NCBI RefSeq assembly: GCF_001194135.2
Contig: NC_068985.1
Span: 21,266,266-21,330,265, forward strand
Reading direction: 5' to 3'
Length of the DNA stretch: 64,000 nucleotides
Origin: Octopus bimaculoides
Lineage: Eukaryota
This document shows, piece after piece, positions 35,611-48,344 of the stretch. The translations under genes and the position numbers were made by a program. Numbering within the stretch: the stretch's first letter is position 1; each line of letters begins with the position of its first letter. A model generated the notes under the pieces. The model saw nothing but the letters and a program-made list of their open reading frames with translations, was not told the DNA's origin and did no database searches.

Positions 35611-37308
35611 CTGTATGTATGAATGCTCAAATTCAGTAACACCTTCACATGGAATTGCTCGAGCAAAAGCAACAAATTGCTCCAAATTGCACTTTTGAAA
35701 TAGAATATAAGAGAGGTTAGCAACATTATGCTGTAAAATAATACCTCCATAATAAGCCTTCATCTTACCTATGCTAACATAGAAAAACAAATGAAGGAAT
35801 GAATATAAAGTTTTGGCAATCAGCAGATTTTTACTTTTATCATATGTTAAAACTAAATATTCTAAGGAGTAAGGAACTGTTTATTAAGGATCTAGCCTTG
35901 GCTTCCTTCCTCCTGTTATTATTGTTCTTAGAGCATTCAAAACCAAATGTCCTTAAGACAACCCTACATAAAAAGTTTCAAACCTATAAGAATGCTCCAT
36001 AGTCACAACACTAAAGTCAGCAAGAAAAAGCTCAAAATGCTAATTGATATCAGAAAATATAAAATCCCTATATCATTATGAATTGGCTGTCCTTTATAGG
36101 TAGGGAGTAAGTAGGAATTCGGTAAACTTTGTAAACGGTATGAGTAATGGATACACTGAAGATGTAGTCTGGTTTCTGGTAAATTAACAGGAAGCCAGAA
36201 TTTCAGATGTGATAGATTAGATGTGCAAGAATAGTTTTCAGCAATATCAGTCACTTGAAATGCTGGATAGTTCTTCTTACCTAAAGAAACTAATTAGCAT
36301 TAAATATTTAGAAGCTAGATTAAAAACAGGGTTTGTCTATATCTGCTAAAGATAAACTCTGTCTGGTCTGTTTAAGAAGTGAAATGAGACAAGAAAGGTC
36401 AGGAAGAAATTGCAGAGAACAAGTGAACTGAGAAAGCAGCTAAGTATTAAAGGTATCAACCATTGAGACAAATATATCGGTATGAACTTGTGATATGAAT
36501 AGACAATTGTGGTATTTGTTCCCTCTACATTCACTCCTTTTTGTTCATGATATAGTTCTACCTTCATGAGTTTCAACCTGACTATGCTGAACTCTGAAGC
36601 AGTCTTTAGAGGAACATACATCATCATTATGATTATCATTGTCTGATGTCTGTTTTCCATGGGTTGGACGGATTGTTTTTCAGACATAGGTATTTGGTTC
36701 ATAACTTATTTTCTGGTGAAAGCAAAGTTCCTCATGACCAGCATATAATCAGTTTCCTGGTTTGACAGAATAAGCTAATTTATATCACAAAAGATTTTTG
36801 TGCCTAATGAATTAGCTGATTAGCTTTTAATGTAAATGATATTAAACATTGAGTGCTAATTTGAGACACAAAAGAGAAATAGGTCCCCTCGAACCACATA
36901 TCTATTACTTGTCAAGTGACCAGAGTGCCTGCCTTTCCTCTTACGAAATTAGATACTCTAGTTTGTCCAGCTATTTTATCTCCATAATATAATTTCTTTG
37001 TCATTTATCATAGAAGAATGGGTTATTCTATGATTTATGTCACATCAGCAGACCTGTTTGGTTTTTATCTTGCTATATTTTTGTTAGTAGCACACCAAAG
37101 TATGTGTCCAAATGTCTTCTGATATGGCTATAAGAATCCTCTAGTATAATAATGATTTCCATATCAATGTCTCTCATAAAACTGGTTTTTCTATTCTTCT
37201 ATCAATTTTACTTTTGAAATTGACAAGTCCTTTTAACAAACAGATAAATGGATTTATATAAATATCTTCTGTTGGCTTCTCTACTTTCATATATTTCATT
37301 TCTTTCAG

Positions 37309-37499
37309 TGTACAAGATTTTGAAATCACTCCAGAATATATCATCTTCGATTTGCTGGGTATCTCTTTATATCATGGTTGGTTAGTTGATCCACAGTCAC
37401 ATGAAGTAGTATCTGCTATAGGTAAATGCAGTTACAATCAGCTTGTAGAAAAAATAATTGTACAGAAGAATTCAGACAGCAATGAACAGATTACTGAAG
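37309..37499 (+). CDS. MINDY1: MINDY exon (191 nt, phase 2 to 1)
   Basis: tttctttcag|T...GAAG|gtgagt; encodes VQDFEITPEYIIFDLLGISLYHGWLVDPQSHEVVSAIGKCSYNQLVEKII..., with the MINDY LYHGWLVDPQ and SYNQLVE motifs. Confidence 0.95.
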
Positions 37500-37567
37500 G
37501 TGAGTTTGAACACATTACCTGATGAATTATTATCCTAATAATTGTACTTCTCTTTTGTATGCTATTA

Positions 37568-37922
37568 ATCATCATCATCATCGTTTAACATCCACTTTCC
37601 ATGCTAGCATGGGTTGGACGATTTGACTGAGGACTGGTGAACCAGATGGCTACACCAGACTCCAATCTGATTTGGCAGAGTTTCTACAGCTGAATGCCCT
37701 TCCTAACGCCAATCACTCCGAGAGTGTAGTGGGTGCTTTTACGTGCCACCGGCATGAAGGCCAATCAGGCAGTACTGGCAACGGCCACACTCAAAATGGT
37801 GTATTTTATGTGCCACCTGCACAGGAGCCAGTCCAGCAGCACTGGCAACGATCTCGCTTGAATGTCTTTACACGTGCCACCGGCACAAGTACCAGGAAGG
37901 CGACGCTGGGCACAGGTGCTAT
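37568..37922 (-). mobile_element. Well-preserved RTE-tail repeat in MINDY intron
   Basis: (cat)n cgtttaacatccactttccatgctagcatgggttggacg...cgtgccaccggca; CpGs retained, suggesting a younger copy. Confidence 0.85.
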
Positions 37923-37992
37923 TATTTATAATTAAAATAGCAAACACATTTGACATATGCTTACATGTACACAACACAAAATAGAGGCAACA

Positions 37993-38185
37993 GGAGATGT
38001 ACAAGTAGGAGATGTACAAGTAGGAGATGTACAAGTAGGAGATGTACAGGAGATGTACAAGTAGGAGATGTACAAGTAGGAGATGTACAAGTAGGAGATG
38101 TACAAGTAGGAGATGTACAAGTAGGAGATGTACAAGTAGGAGATGTACAAGTAGATGTACAAGTAGAAGATGTACAAGTAGGAGA
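37993..38185. repeat. 15-bp minisatellite (ggagatgtacaagta), about 13 units
   Basis: Ten identical full units, two internally deleted units and one variant; produces the spurious DVQVG / CTSRR / TSPTC ORFs. Confidence 0.97.
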
Positions 38186-39129
38186 CCTTATCCAACAAAT
38201 ACCAATACTGAAAAAAATAGACAATAAATCAATGATATGGTTGTGTAGGATTGGTTTTTATGGACCTTTAAAATATCTCTGAAATATTTTGTCAGTGTAT
38301 TCCCTGATTCTGATATAGCTTTTATGTACCCACACCACCATTTTGCCAACAGTAGCCCTCCCCTATTAACTCTCTTTGCTCCCCTCTGTTTCCACAATTG
38401 TGTACTACTGACTTTCTCCCTGGCACAGTGAATCTCTCTTGCACTACACCCACTCACGTTTCATGTCATCTGTGGAGTTTTGTGCTGTCCTCTGGCTCAC
38501 CAGCACCTGTTAAACTATCCAACCTATGCCAGCATGGAAAACAGATGCTAGATGATGATGATGGTGGTGGTCAGAGCAACAAGATTATAATGACATGAAG
38601 ATAGGTAACAACTGTAAAGATTGGGTAGGGTTGAAAGTGGATGAAGTGAGCAGTGGGTAAGGGATAAAGGAAGACCAATGATGCATGAGTTGGGGGAGGT
38701 AGAGGGATGCAGAAGAGAGCAGGATGGGGCAACAGGATAGTAACAATGATATAGTTGATAGGAGAAGGGAGAAAGAGAGATGATATGTGGTTGGGTTGGC
38801 TGCATGAGTGGTGAGAGAGAAGAGGCATGAAGTGAGATTTGATGGTTCAGGAGGGGAATTGGTGTAATTTGTGAGTGGAGAGAACCATATTGGTTTCAAA
38901 TTTTGTCACAAGGCCAACAATTCTGGAGGAGGGGGTAAGTTAATTACACCGACCTCAGTTCTCGGATTTAAAAAGGATGTAAGTCACAGTTGACCTAGGG
39001 CAGAATTTTTATAAAAATTAAATTATAACTATTATATGTATGCCATATCTTCTGTTCTATCCCCATGGTGGCAAAAAGAATACTTCCAAATTTACTTGTC
39101 ACATGGCAACACTCTAGTGAGTGTGTGTG

Positions 39130-39260
39130 TCATCATCATCATCATCATCATCATCCTCATTTAACATCCACTTTCCATGCTGAGGTGAGTTGGACGGATT
39201 GACTGAAGACTAGCAAGCCAGAAGGCTGTACCAGGCACCAATCTGATCTAGATGCCCTAC
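39130..39260 (-). mobile_element. RTE-tail repeat at the truncated 5' end of the mariner relic
   Basis: (cat)n...atttaacatccactttccatgc...gttggacgg...atctgatctagatgccct. Confidence 0.8.
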
Positions 39261-39262
39261 CT

Positions 39263-40156
39263 GAGCCTTGAAGATTGTGAGCACAGTGGACGCCCATCTG
39301 TCATCGCTGACGGTCAATTAAAGAGTGTCATTGAGAAAGATCCACGTAAAACCACTTGAGAACTGGCAACAGAACTTCAAGTTAGCCAGAAAATTGCCTG
39401 CAACCATTTGCATGTGATTGGAAAATAAAATAAAAAGCTCAACAAAAATCAGAAAATGTGCATAAAAGGAAATTTGCCCGTCGCTTCTTCTCCATAACCA
39501 GACCGATCCATTTCTCAACCATATTGTAACTTGTGATGAAAAGTGGATTCTGTACCATAATAAAAAACGTTCTTCATAGTGGTTGGACCAAACTGAAGCA
39601 CCAAAAACCTTCCCTAAACCCAAGCTCTTCAAAAAGAAGGTTATGGTGATTGTTTGGTGGTGTACTGCTGGATTCATCCACTATAACTTCTTAAACCTCA
39701 GAAAAACCATTACTGGAGAAACATATTGCCATGAAATTGCCAAAAGGAATGAAAAACTGCTACTCCTCCATCCCAGAAGAGAGCCAATCATTCCTCATGA
39801 CAATGCTCAACCACACTTTTCACTAATGATGCTCCAGAAGTTGAGAGAACTTGGCTACAAAGCTATTCCCCAGACCTTTCTCCTACTGACTACCACTTTT
39901 TCAAGCACCTTCATGGTTTCCTGGAAGAGAAGGAGTTCAAAAATGAAACTGATGCTGAGAGTGCATTCAAAAATTTCATCAGCTCCAGAACTCCAAATTT
40001 TTATGTTACCGGAATAAACAATCTTGTAACTCGTTGGCAAAAGTGTGTTGATTATAATGGTACTTATTTTGATGAATAAAATTTTCGCATTGTTGAAATA
40101 TATTGTGATGAATTTCATGTTTCAAAAACGTTGCTTACTTTTTGCTCAGCCTGATA
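39263..40156 (+). mobile_element. Mariner (DD34D-type) transposon, 5'-truncated, with 3' TIR and TA
   Basis: HSGRPS, IVTCDEKWILYHN, KVMVIVWW, HDNAQPH, PDLSPTDYHFF, RWQKCVDYNGTYFDE* (stop 40077-79); several stops and frameshifts; TIR aaacgttgcttactttttgctcagcctga followed by TA. Confidence 0.92.
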
Positions 40157-40307
40157 TTTCTCTTTGTGACGATTTCTTAATAGCTTATTATTTCATTAAA
40201 TTAGTTTTATAGCTTCTTTTGTTTTGTCTTTTATCTTTTTTTTTTTTAGATAAAGATAAAAATTATTTTATTAAATTAAACAAAACGTTGCTTACTTTTT
40301 ACTTAAC

Positions 40308-40345
<38 letters not shown>

Positions 40346-40450
40346 AATTTTGCATGTGATATTTTGTTCGTGTCATTATTATGTCATCATTTCCAAAACA
40401 AATTAAACTTTTATTGTTTTCTTTTTTTTTTCATTATCAAATTCTTATAG

Positions 40451-40593
40451 CATTAATAGCAGAAACCTTTTTAGAAAAGACAGCTTCTCAGTTGACATAC
40501 CATGGACTCTGTGAATTAAATAGCACCGTCAAAGAAGGAGAGCTCTGTGTTTTCTTCCGGAATAACCATTTCAGCACTTTATATGGGCATAAG
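40451..40593 (+). CDS. MINDY1: MINDY exon (143 nt, phase 1 to 0) containing catalytic His
   Basis: attcttatag|CA...CATAAG|gtaaag; encodes ALIAETFLEKTASQLTYHGLCELNSTVKEGELCVFFRNNHFSTLYGHK; FFRNNHFST His codon at 40567-69. Confidence 0.95.
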
Positions 40594-41149
40594 GTAAAGT
40601 TGATTTAATTTTAATCTTTAATTTCATCATTATCCACTCTTTCATTACATCTATGAGAGAGTGGTTATAGCTTGTTGACAAGTGGCTTTTCGCTATTCAC
40701 ATAAATGGCTTTGTTTTTGATGTGTGTGGATTTTTAATGATTTTTAATCAGTTGTTGTAGAGGGACAGCAACTGGTTAGAACTAAAGACATTTTTTAGCC
40801 CTGGAAAGGAAAATTTAAATCTGCCATGCCTCCTGAAATTCGCCAATACTACGCCTGATATCCCTACCTGCATACGCATGCACACATGTATATTATGATT
40901 CATACACTGTTCACTTTCCTGACTTTTGTAAATAATTCTATGTACTGTACTGTACATGCACCTGCGCACTATACAAAATAATTTCCTTACTTTTTTTTTT
41001 TTTACCTTACTGTCTTTGTTTTCGAAAACTTAGACTAACTTTATAGTGTTGGAGTTATTTCCCTTGCATCTTGTATGTTGACAAATTCTTCTTTGTAAAT
41101 TGAAGTTTTTCAGGTCACCGTTTTAACGTTAGATTTTATCCTATCAACC

Positions 41150-41360
41150 TCATGATTTTTATGTCAGTTTTTCCCTACTTGGATGGGTTGGATGGGTGTT
41201 TTCCAACACAGCATCTGCTTTGATCCTTTTTTGTCATCTCCTTTGTTAGGCTCAGTATCTTAAGATAGGTTTCACCACTTCTGCCCATGTCTTCCTTGGT
41301 CTTCCTCTCCTACAGTTCCTTTCCACTTTGGATCTCTCAGCACTTCTTTATCCATTTGTT
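41150..41360 (-). mobile_element. RTE LINE 3' end fragment
   Basis: Minus strand reads VERNCRRGRPRKTWAEVVKP, followed by the shared tail motif (ccatccaacccatcc). Confidence 0.6.
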
Positions 41361-42208
41361 GTGGAAATGAAGTGGAATGTGTTTTTATTTATTGTTGTTT
41401 TTTTATACGGGTGAAAGAAACAAGTTTGGTATCTCCCAATTGGAAGGTGTTTTTGAGGTTTGTATTATAGAATCAATGTAGGTTGGTATGTGGTATCTAA
41501 ATCGCTTGCTTGACATCCAGTATTGGTATATTTACGTACTTTTGACTCAGTAGTTTGGCAAAAGAGACCAGCAGAAAAAATATCTAGCTTAAAAAAAAAT
41601 GTACTGGGCTCAATTCATGAATGGGGAAAGGTAGGGTGGAATGAAAAGTTTTATTATACATAAAAGAGTGAGCGTTGTTGCATGTGATGATCAGTAGGTT
41701 GTTGATGTATAGAAGGGAGAGAATGAGGAACAACATTCATGGGCATATGATAAATGCTGAAAGCACCTTGTCCAAGGTGCTTTCATCATTTATCATATAC
41801 ATAATCCCCATATACTGCAATAATATTCCTCACACTTTCCATTGCATTGCATGTGCCGAATACACCCCTTTGTCACTTCCATTATAGCTTTGAAAAAATA
41901 ACCGTTAAAATCGAACTGCACTCTTCAAACCTTGCACTAAGAATAAACACAGTAAAATTACTACCTGCTTTTATAGTAAGTTGATGCAGGTAGTTTATCC
42001 TGTCCCCCTCTGGCTTTCATGCAGTTGAAAACACCGCATTATTTATGAGATGACCTAATATATATGTATACACACATATATATATATATATATATATATT
42101 AATAATTAATGGTACTAACAGACAGTACCGGCATGCTGACATATCAGTCAAAATGTCCAAACCACAAGTTTTTGCTTAAATACGAAGGTGAAAGCAGGCT
42201 TCAATCAC

Positions 42209-42267
<59 letters not shown>

Positions 42268-42349
42268 TATATATATATATATATATATTCTTTCATTCAT
42301 TTACAGTCATGCAGCTGCGGTCATGCTGGAGCACCACCGTGGTCATTTT

Positions 42350-43060
42350 GACTTCCTCAGTCCGGGATGTTTCACATTACCACTCCTGTATATACCTTTG
42401 TCCCAGCTGTTGGCCTATTTGGTGTATGAGGGACGCTACCCTCTTCTACCCCACATTTCAGGCTGTTGATTCATCCAGCATTGTGGAGAGGAGGATGTCT
42501 AGTTCCTTTTTGAAGACTTCTACTTCCACCTTTTGCAGATTTCTTAATTTTGTGGCAGGACATTGAAGAACTTTGAATCCTAAACTATTGCAGTACTGGT
42601 CCTGAATTTAGATGGAGTGTATGGTACCTTTGGTACAATACAATGGCAGCCAATTCTGGCATTTGTATAAAACTCAGTGCCGAAATTAGGTACTAGCCCT
42701 TCTAGGATTTTTTATATGTATGTTATTGCATATCTCTCATGCCTTCGCTCCAGGGAGTAAAGTTGCAGTTTTCTCAGCCTATCCCTGTAGCTCATCCACT
42801 GCACTATTGCAATCTTTTTAGTGTAGTGATGCTGGACTGCTTCAAGCTCTGCTGTTAGTTTAGCACTATGTGGTGTCCAAAAGTAGGAGCAGTAGTCCAG
42901 GCAGCTGAGAGCAGAGGTTCTCCACAAGGTCAACATAGTTTCTTGGTCTCTTGTCTTGAAGGACTTCAGTATCTATCCTGCCAGTTGTCTGCACTTTGCT
43001 GCCATCTTGCTAATGTGCATATAAAATTATGCTTCATTGCACATACTGATCCCCAAGTCT
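42350..43060 (-). mobile_element. CR1-type LINE 3' RT/thumb fragment
   Basis: ORF 42712-42936: LDYCSYFWTPHSAKLTAELEAVQHHYTKKI...SYRDRLRKLQLYSLERRHERYAITYI. Confidence 0.8.
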
Positions 43061-43345
43061 TTCACTGCCTGTGCATGGTTGTTGCCAGTGCCGCCAGACT
43101 GGCTTCTGTGCAAGTAGCACGTAAAAGACACCATTTGAGCGTGGTCGTTGCCAGAACCGCCTGACTGGCCCTTGTGCCGGTGGCACATAAAAACACCCAC
43201 TACACTCTAGAAGTGGTTGGCATTAGGAAGGGCATCCAGCTGTAGAAACTTTGCCAGATCAGATTGAGCCTGGTGCAGCCTTCTGGCTCACCAGTCCTCA
43301 GTCAAACCATCCAACCCATGCCAACATGGAAAGCGGACGTTAAAT
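43060..43345 (+). mobile_element. RTE-tail repeat
   Basis: gccagtgccgcc...ggcattaggaagggcatccagctgtagaaac...ccatgccaacatggaaagcggacgttaaat(gat)n. Confidence 0.85.
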
Positions 43346-43387
43346 GATGATGATGATGATATATATATATATATATGTATGTATGTG

Positions 43388-43428
<41 letters not shown>

Positions 43429-43519
43429 ACACAAGCACATACATTGAATACAATACATAAACAGGAAACTCGGAGTAATAATAGAATGGTTGGTTATCAT
43501 TTGAGTGAATGAATAAGCT

Positions 43520-43670
43520 CTACTATGTGTATTAAGTTTTCTTTTGTCCAAATGTACAAACACACTGTTGTGCATATAGTAGAAGACTTGCCCAAAGTGG
43601 TTTGCAGTGCAATTGAACTCAAAATCACATGGTTGATGAGTAAACTTCTTAATCATACAACCACTCCTCT
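43520..43670 (-). mobile_element. CORE-like SINE head
   Basis: atagtagaagacttgcccaa...gaactcaaaatcacatggttg...aaacttcttaatcatac. Confidence 0.7.
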
Positions 43671-44032
43671 GTATGTGTGTGTGTGTGTAATGCTACTAAA
43701 ATTCCAGCAGTTGATAAGTTAAGCTAAGTTGTAACTTGTATTATCAGCACCAAAATCAAGCATTTAAACAGCATCACTTAGAGAGAGGGTAACTCCAATA
43801 GTTATAGTAACAGATTTGTATGATATTAAATAATAAAAATTGATTGGCAGAACAAGAGAGCTTGGCTATATTAGATAGAGTGGTTATTGTTTTGATATAT
43901 CTCCAACTTAGTGTTGCTTTATTTAATCCAGTGAACATTTTAAAAAAATGCCATGTCTTTATCATTGATGTAATACACTTACAAGTTGCACTAAACACAT
44001 GCAATAAGAAAAACTAAGAATATGGTCTACTT

Positions 44033-44910
44033 CAGTGGTTCTCAACGACTTTTTTTTTACCAATGTGGCCAGTGCTGGTATCGTGAAAGTAGCATGCAGG
44101 TGGCATGTAAAAACACCTTCTGAGTGTTGGGCCTCACGGAGGCAATGTGGCCAGTGCCAGTGTTGTGTAACTAACACCTATGCTGGTGGCACACAAAAGG
44201 CACTTTCAAGTGTTGGGCCTCATGGATGCATTGACAAATGACCGAAACATGTAGAAGACCCATCATGTAGAAGACCCATCAGCAACATGTAGAAGACCCA
44301 TCATGCCAACATGTAGAAGACCCATCATGCCAACATGTAGAAGACCCATCATGTAGAAGACCCATCATGCCAACTGTGGCAGACACTGGTATGCAACTGA
44401 CACCCGTGCTGGTGGCACATGTAAGCATTACACTCTCGGAGTGGTTGGCGTTAGGAAGGACATCCAGCCATAGAAACTATGCCAAATCAAACTGGAGTTT
44501 GGTGCCGCCCTTCAGCTTGCCAGCCCTGGTCAAACCATCCAACCCATGCCAGCATGGACAACAGACATTAAATGATGATGATGATGGACCCTCTTTGATT
44601 CCTATTTTACTTGGATGGATCCCCATAGCCATTCAATGTTTAAAAAAGTCCTATATTATTTTTATAATCAAATATTATTTTTCGTTTTTGGATTTGGTTT
44701 GCAGGATTCTTTATGTGAGTTCGTGTGTTGAAGCATATTCTGTTGTGTCTGGGGAGAGTCATTTTCTTTTTCTACCTTATAATTTAACACACTCACCAAG
44801 GTTGTTAAAATATTTGGTAAGAATATAACAAATTTATTGCACATAAACTTTAGCAACATAATCTTATGTGGACCTCTAAGGACCATATGGACCCCAGTCG
44901 AGAACCACTG
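44033..44910 (+). mobile_element. hAT-type MITE interrupted by a nested RTE-tail repeat
   Basis: TIRs cagtggttctcaac / gtcgagaaccactg; flanks gtctactt / ttctatat (both nTCTAnnT); body resumes atggaccc...ttgattcctattttac after a ~520-bp insert ending in (gat)n at ~44585. Confidence 0.75.
44248..44374. repeat. Six copies of catgtagaagacccat with variable catgccaa spacers
   Basis: Units start at 44248, 44264, 44286, 44310, 44334 and 44350, inside an RTE-tail repeat. Confidence 0.9.
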
Positions 44911-46019
44911 TTCTATATTGTTTCAGCATCGTGTGGGGGGGGGAAGGGTATACTCAGATACTTGATGCACGTGCGCACACATGCACACTCTCTACGTTTC
45001 CTTTTTTACCTTCTGTAACTTATAGGTTGTTTCCCTTGAATTTATTTAACACTGTCTGCTTTTCTAATTTATTCTTCCAGTTTTATGTAGACTGCGTTGT
45101 TGCGTCATGCTTAAAATAGATCACCCTAATAAATGCCTGAAGGGAACTACTAGTTCTTAGAACAGTTTAGGAGTAGAGCTTAATGTTGTTAAGTTTTATT
45201 TCAGAAACAGACAGAATGGATTGGCATCATTTGAGCAAAAGCTAATGAAATTATTTTATTTACTGAAGGTACCAAATTAAGAACTAGATAGTTGTAGATT
45301 TCATGACATTAGTATCGTTATCTTGATCAAAAAATAGATTTGTGTGTGTGTGTTTATTTTATGATAATGAGTATGTTTATTTTTCACTGTTGCTAGGTAA
45401 CAGTTCAACAGACATTTTGTTCAACAGACATGGCAGGAAAGTTGTTTTGGTGTTATCCCATGAAATCATCATATCCAATATGGTTTAGATTTTAAATCCT
45501 TTTTCTTTGACATATGACTTGATTATTTTCTCAACTGAACTGAAAAGTTAAGTCAAAATCCACAAGATATAAGTAATGGAAATATCAAACAGTTTGTCAA
45601 TTATATCATGTTGAGTATTTTAGCAGTTGAGTACTGCTTTTATTGAAGCGGGTATGGAACAATAAAATTAAGTACAATATGTAAAATTAATTATACAACT
45701 GATTTTATAATTAAACTGTACTTAACTAATTAGCAGACATTACCTACAATTTTACATGAATTAGTAACCAAATATTATTCAAATCTCACTCTACCAACTT
45801 GAAAAAGAAATGTAGATTACATTGAATAATGCTATCCTAATTGTATAGTACCTGTAATATTTGCTATATCTGTACAAAAGAATGGCTGCAGTGTCTTCAA
45901 TCATAGTTCTATCTGCTGACCTGAGGTTAAACAACAACTATTGCAATTTTGTTTACTTTTTAATAGGTTAAATTAGTAAATTACAAACCATCATTTTTTT
46001 GTATGCTACATCAGTATTT

Positions 46020-46530
46020 AAATTATCATCATCATTGTTTTAACATCTGTTTTTGCATACTGACATGGATTGGACAGAGTTCATTGAAGCAGATTTTCTA
46101 CAGCTGGCCACTCTTCTTTTTGCCAACCCTCACCAGTTTCCAAGCAAGGTAATATTTTCCCATGGCCAGACATGTTTACACAGAATGTTGGAGGTGAATG
46201 ACAACATACAGACATACACACTCATGTGTGTGTATTGCCCTCCTATTTATCAAAGGAGGCACAAGCACTTTCACCCATACATATACACACAACAGAACTT
46301 CTGCCTACCAAATTCACTCACAAGGCTTTGTTCAGCTTAATGTCATAGAAGACACCTGCCCAAGGTTTTGTGCAGAAGAATTGAACCCAAAACTATGTGG
46401 TTCAGAAGTGAACTTCTTAACCACACAGCCATACCTATATATACACATATATAGATACACATATACAATAGGCTTCTTACAGCTTCCCTCTACCAAATCT
46501 ACTCACAACACTCTGGTCAGCTCTCTTCAA
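46020..46530 (-). mobile_element. Composite CORE-like SINE with RTE-like tail
   Basis: Tail (cat)n tgttttaacatc...gaagcagattttctacagctgg at 46.03-46.15 kb; head agaagacacctgcccaagg...gaaccc...cttcttaaccacacagcc at 46.35-46.43 kb. Confidence 0.75.
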
Positions 46531-47950
46531 CTAATAATTAAAAATAGATAGCTCTTATCTCTTATACTTTCTTCTTCAATTACTAGCATTGAATCATTAC
46601 TATTGAGTAAAGATTTTTTTTTAAATAATAATCATAAGATATATCTATTTTCATCAAGCATTAATGACCTTTACATCTGGCAGTCTTATTTCTTGATATG
46701 CAAACATATATACTAGTGAAAATGCTGTAAAGGGAACATGCTAATTTATAGAAGGTTAAGTAGATAGTTATTAAATTCTAGTGAGAAGAAATTTAACATT
46801 TTTCATATGAAATGTTATTTTGAAGTGAATGGTATCATGGAATTTGTCACATTTCCCATGACTCTCATACTCTTCATTGAAATTGAAATGGCTGAAATAA
46901 CAGTTTTTAATGTTAAAATTGCAGATTTGTATTAAATTGATAGAATTGGTAGAACATTAGACAAGTGTTTTTTGTTTTGTTTTGTTTTTTTCGACAATGC
47001 TTGGACTTTTTCTCAAAAAAGAAAACTCCTCTAAGAAATTATTTCAACATTAGTAAAAAATTCTGTATTGCAAATTAGTTAAGTTTTGTAAAAAGACAAA
47101 GAAAAATTCTTGAAAACTTTTCATTTATTTTTAACTCTATTATTTCTGTTTATTTCCGCAAGAGGTATTGTCTATAATGAACAGGTTCAGTGAGCAAGTG
47201 TTCTTTGATTTTTTTTGTTTTTGTTTATTTTGCTTTGTTTTTTGCACTCTTCACATGAAACAAGACAGTTTTAGGTTATCACAGATATGTTATAAACCCT
47301 TTCTTGGGATATGATTGGTTGAATCATGCATGACAAATTTACTCCGCTGTATATCCATATATAGAGCTCAGTTAGTGTTTCTTTTGATGTGATCAAAGAA
47401 CAGAACATAGAATGCAATATCAATTGATATTCAGATGTTACTAGCTGTAATCTTTTGGTTAAAGAAAAAAAATGATTACTGTTTCTCTTGGAAACGTTTT
47501 TCATTGGTTACACAAACATGCACACACATGCATACATGCACACACACACACACATACTTTGCTCAGTTATATATACATATGTAACATTCAATTGTAAAGC
47601 AGGATTATCATTGTCCAGTGGCACTTAAATCCCATGTCAGATGTAGTTGTATAAATATTTGGTCAGATATATTGCAGATACTATGGGTATTGTCCAGGGG
47701 GCCGTTAATGCACTGTTACCATCACCCTTTCTGGCACCTCCAAAATCTGAAAATTAAAATTGAAGAAAATCGATGTTTTATCAAACAAATTTGAAATCAG
47801 TAAAAACAAGTATATTTGTAAACTGTTGTTTTTTTTTAATATTACATGGAAGGAAATTTCAACATTTTCTTTTTACTGTTAAGGCCTTTTTTAAGCCTCA
47901 AAGGAATCAAAAGGATAGCCAAAATTATGCACGAATATAAAGTACTTTAA

Positions 47951-48130
47951 CCCTTTAGCATATCCGGCCCAAATATTCTGTTTTATGGTGAAACTGACCA
48001 GATCTGGCCTCTCACACCTATTTTACAATGTAATTCTAAAAATAAACAATCACATCATCAAAATGACAATGCTGAGATAATGCATGATTAATTCAAAACA
48101 ATTTGACTGAATTATCTGAATGCTAATGGG
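47951..48130 (+). mobile_element. piggyBac-type MITE
   Basis: TTAA|ccctttagcat ... atgctaatggg|TTAA; 180 bp, CCC/GGG termini and TTAA duplication. Confidence 0.8.
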
Positions 48131-48204
48131 TTAATTATATTTATATGATAAATGCTTATACAAGAATGATTTATTTGAAGAAAAATCTCATTTAAATTAC
48201 TTAC

Positions 48205-48344
48205 CAACTTTTGGACAATTATATGGGTCTTCTGTATGGTGTTTGACAACATCATCTATGAATGTCTGGCTATCATTTTTTTCTCCCTTTTGAACACATA
48301 AGTCAAGATGGTGTATAATGCATTTTGATAATTTAGTGAAGTTG
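48205..48344 (-). CDS. Candidate 140-nt exon of the minus-strand Cys-containing protein
   Basis: Acceptor aactgtttctactttccag| and donor g|GTAAGT; open frame NFTKLSKCIIHHLDLCVQKGEKNDSQTFIDDVVKHHTEDPYNCPKV (phase 2 to 1). Confidence 0.6.

Noticed and set aside
37932-38282. Repetitive ORFs (DVQVG)n, (CTSRR)n, (TSPTC)n, (YISYL)n
   Set aside because: Translations of the 15-bp minisatellite inside a MINDY intron; no splice signals or start context.
38580-38890. Long purine-rich, strand-skewed tract with overlapping minus-strand ORFs
   Set aside because: Low-complexity composition similar to other repeat-derived CT-rich tracts (e.g. 17250-17580); ORFs are compositional.
37993-44374. Repeat arrays considered as CRISPR-like
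   Set aside because: Eukaryotic context, no unique spacers of constant length, no cas genes.
45135-45175. Degenerate hammerhead-like string cctgaagg-gaacta-c-tagttc-ttagaac-agtttagg
   Set aside because: Hairpin and flanking pairing are present, but both core segments are broken (CTGAAGG, TTAGAAC); at most a dead PLE end.
46830-46880. Minus-strand acceptor (ctgttatttcag) as the next exon after NCPKV
   Set aside because: Several frames and donors are equally plausible; cannot be chosen from sequence alone.
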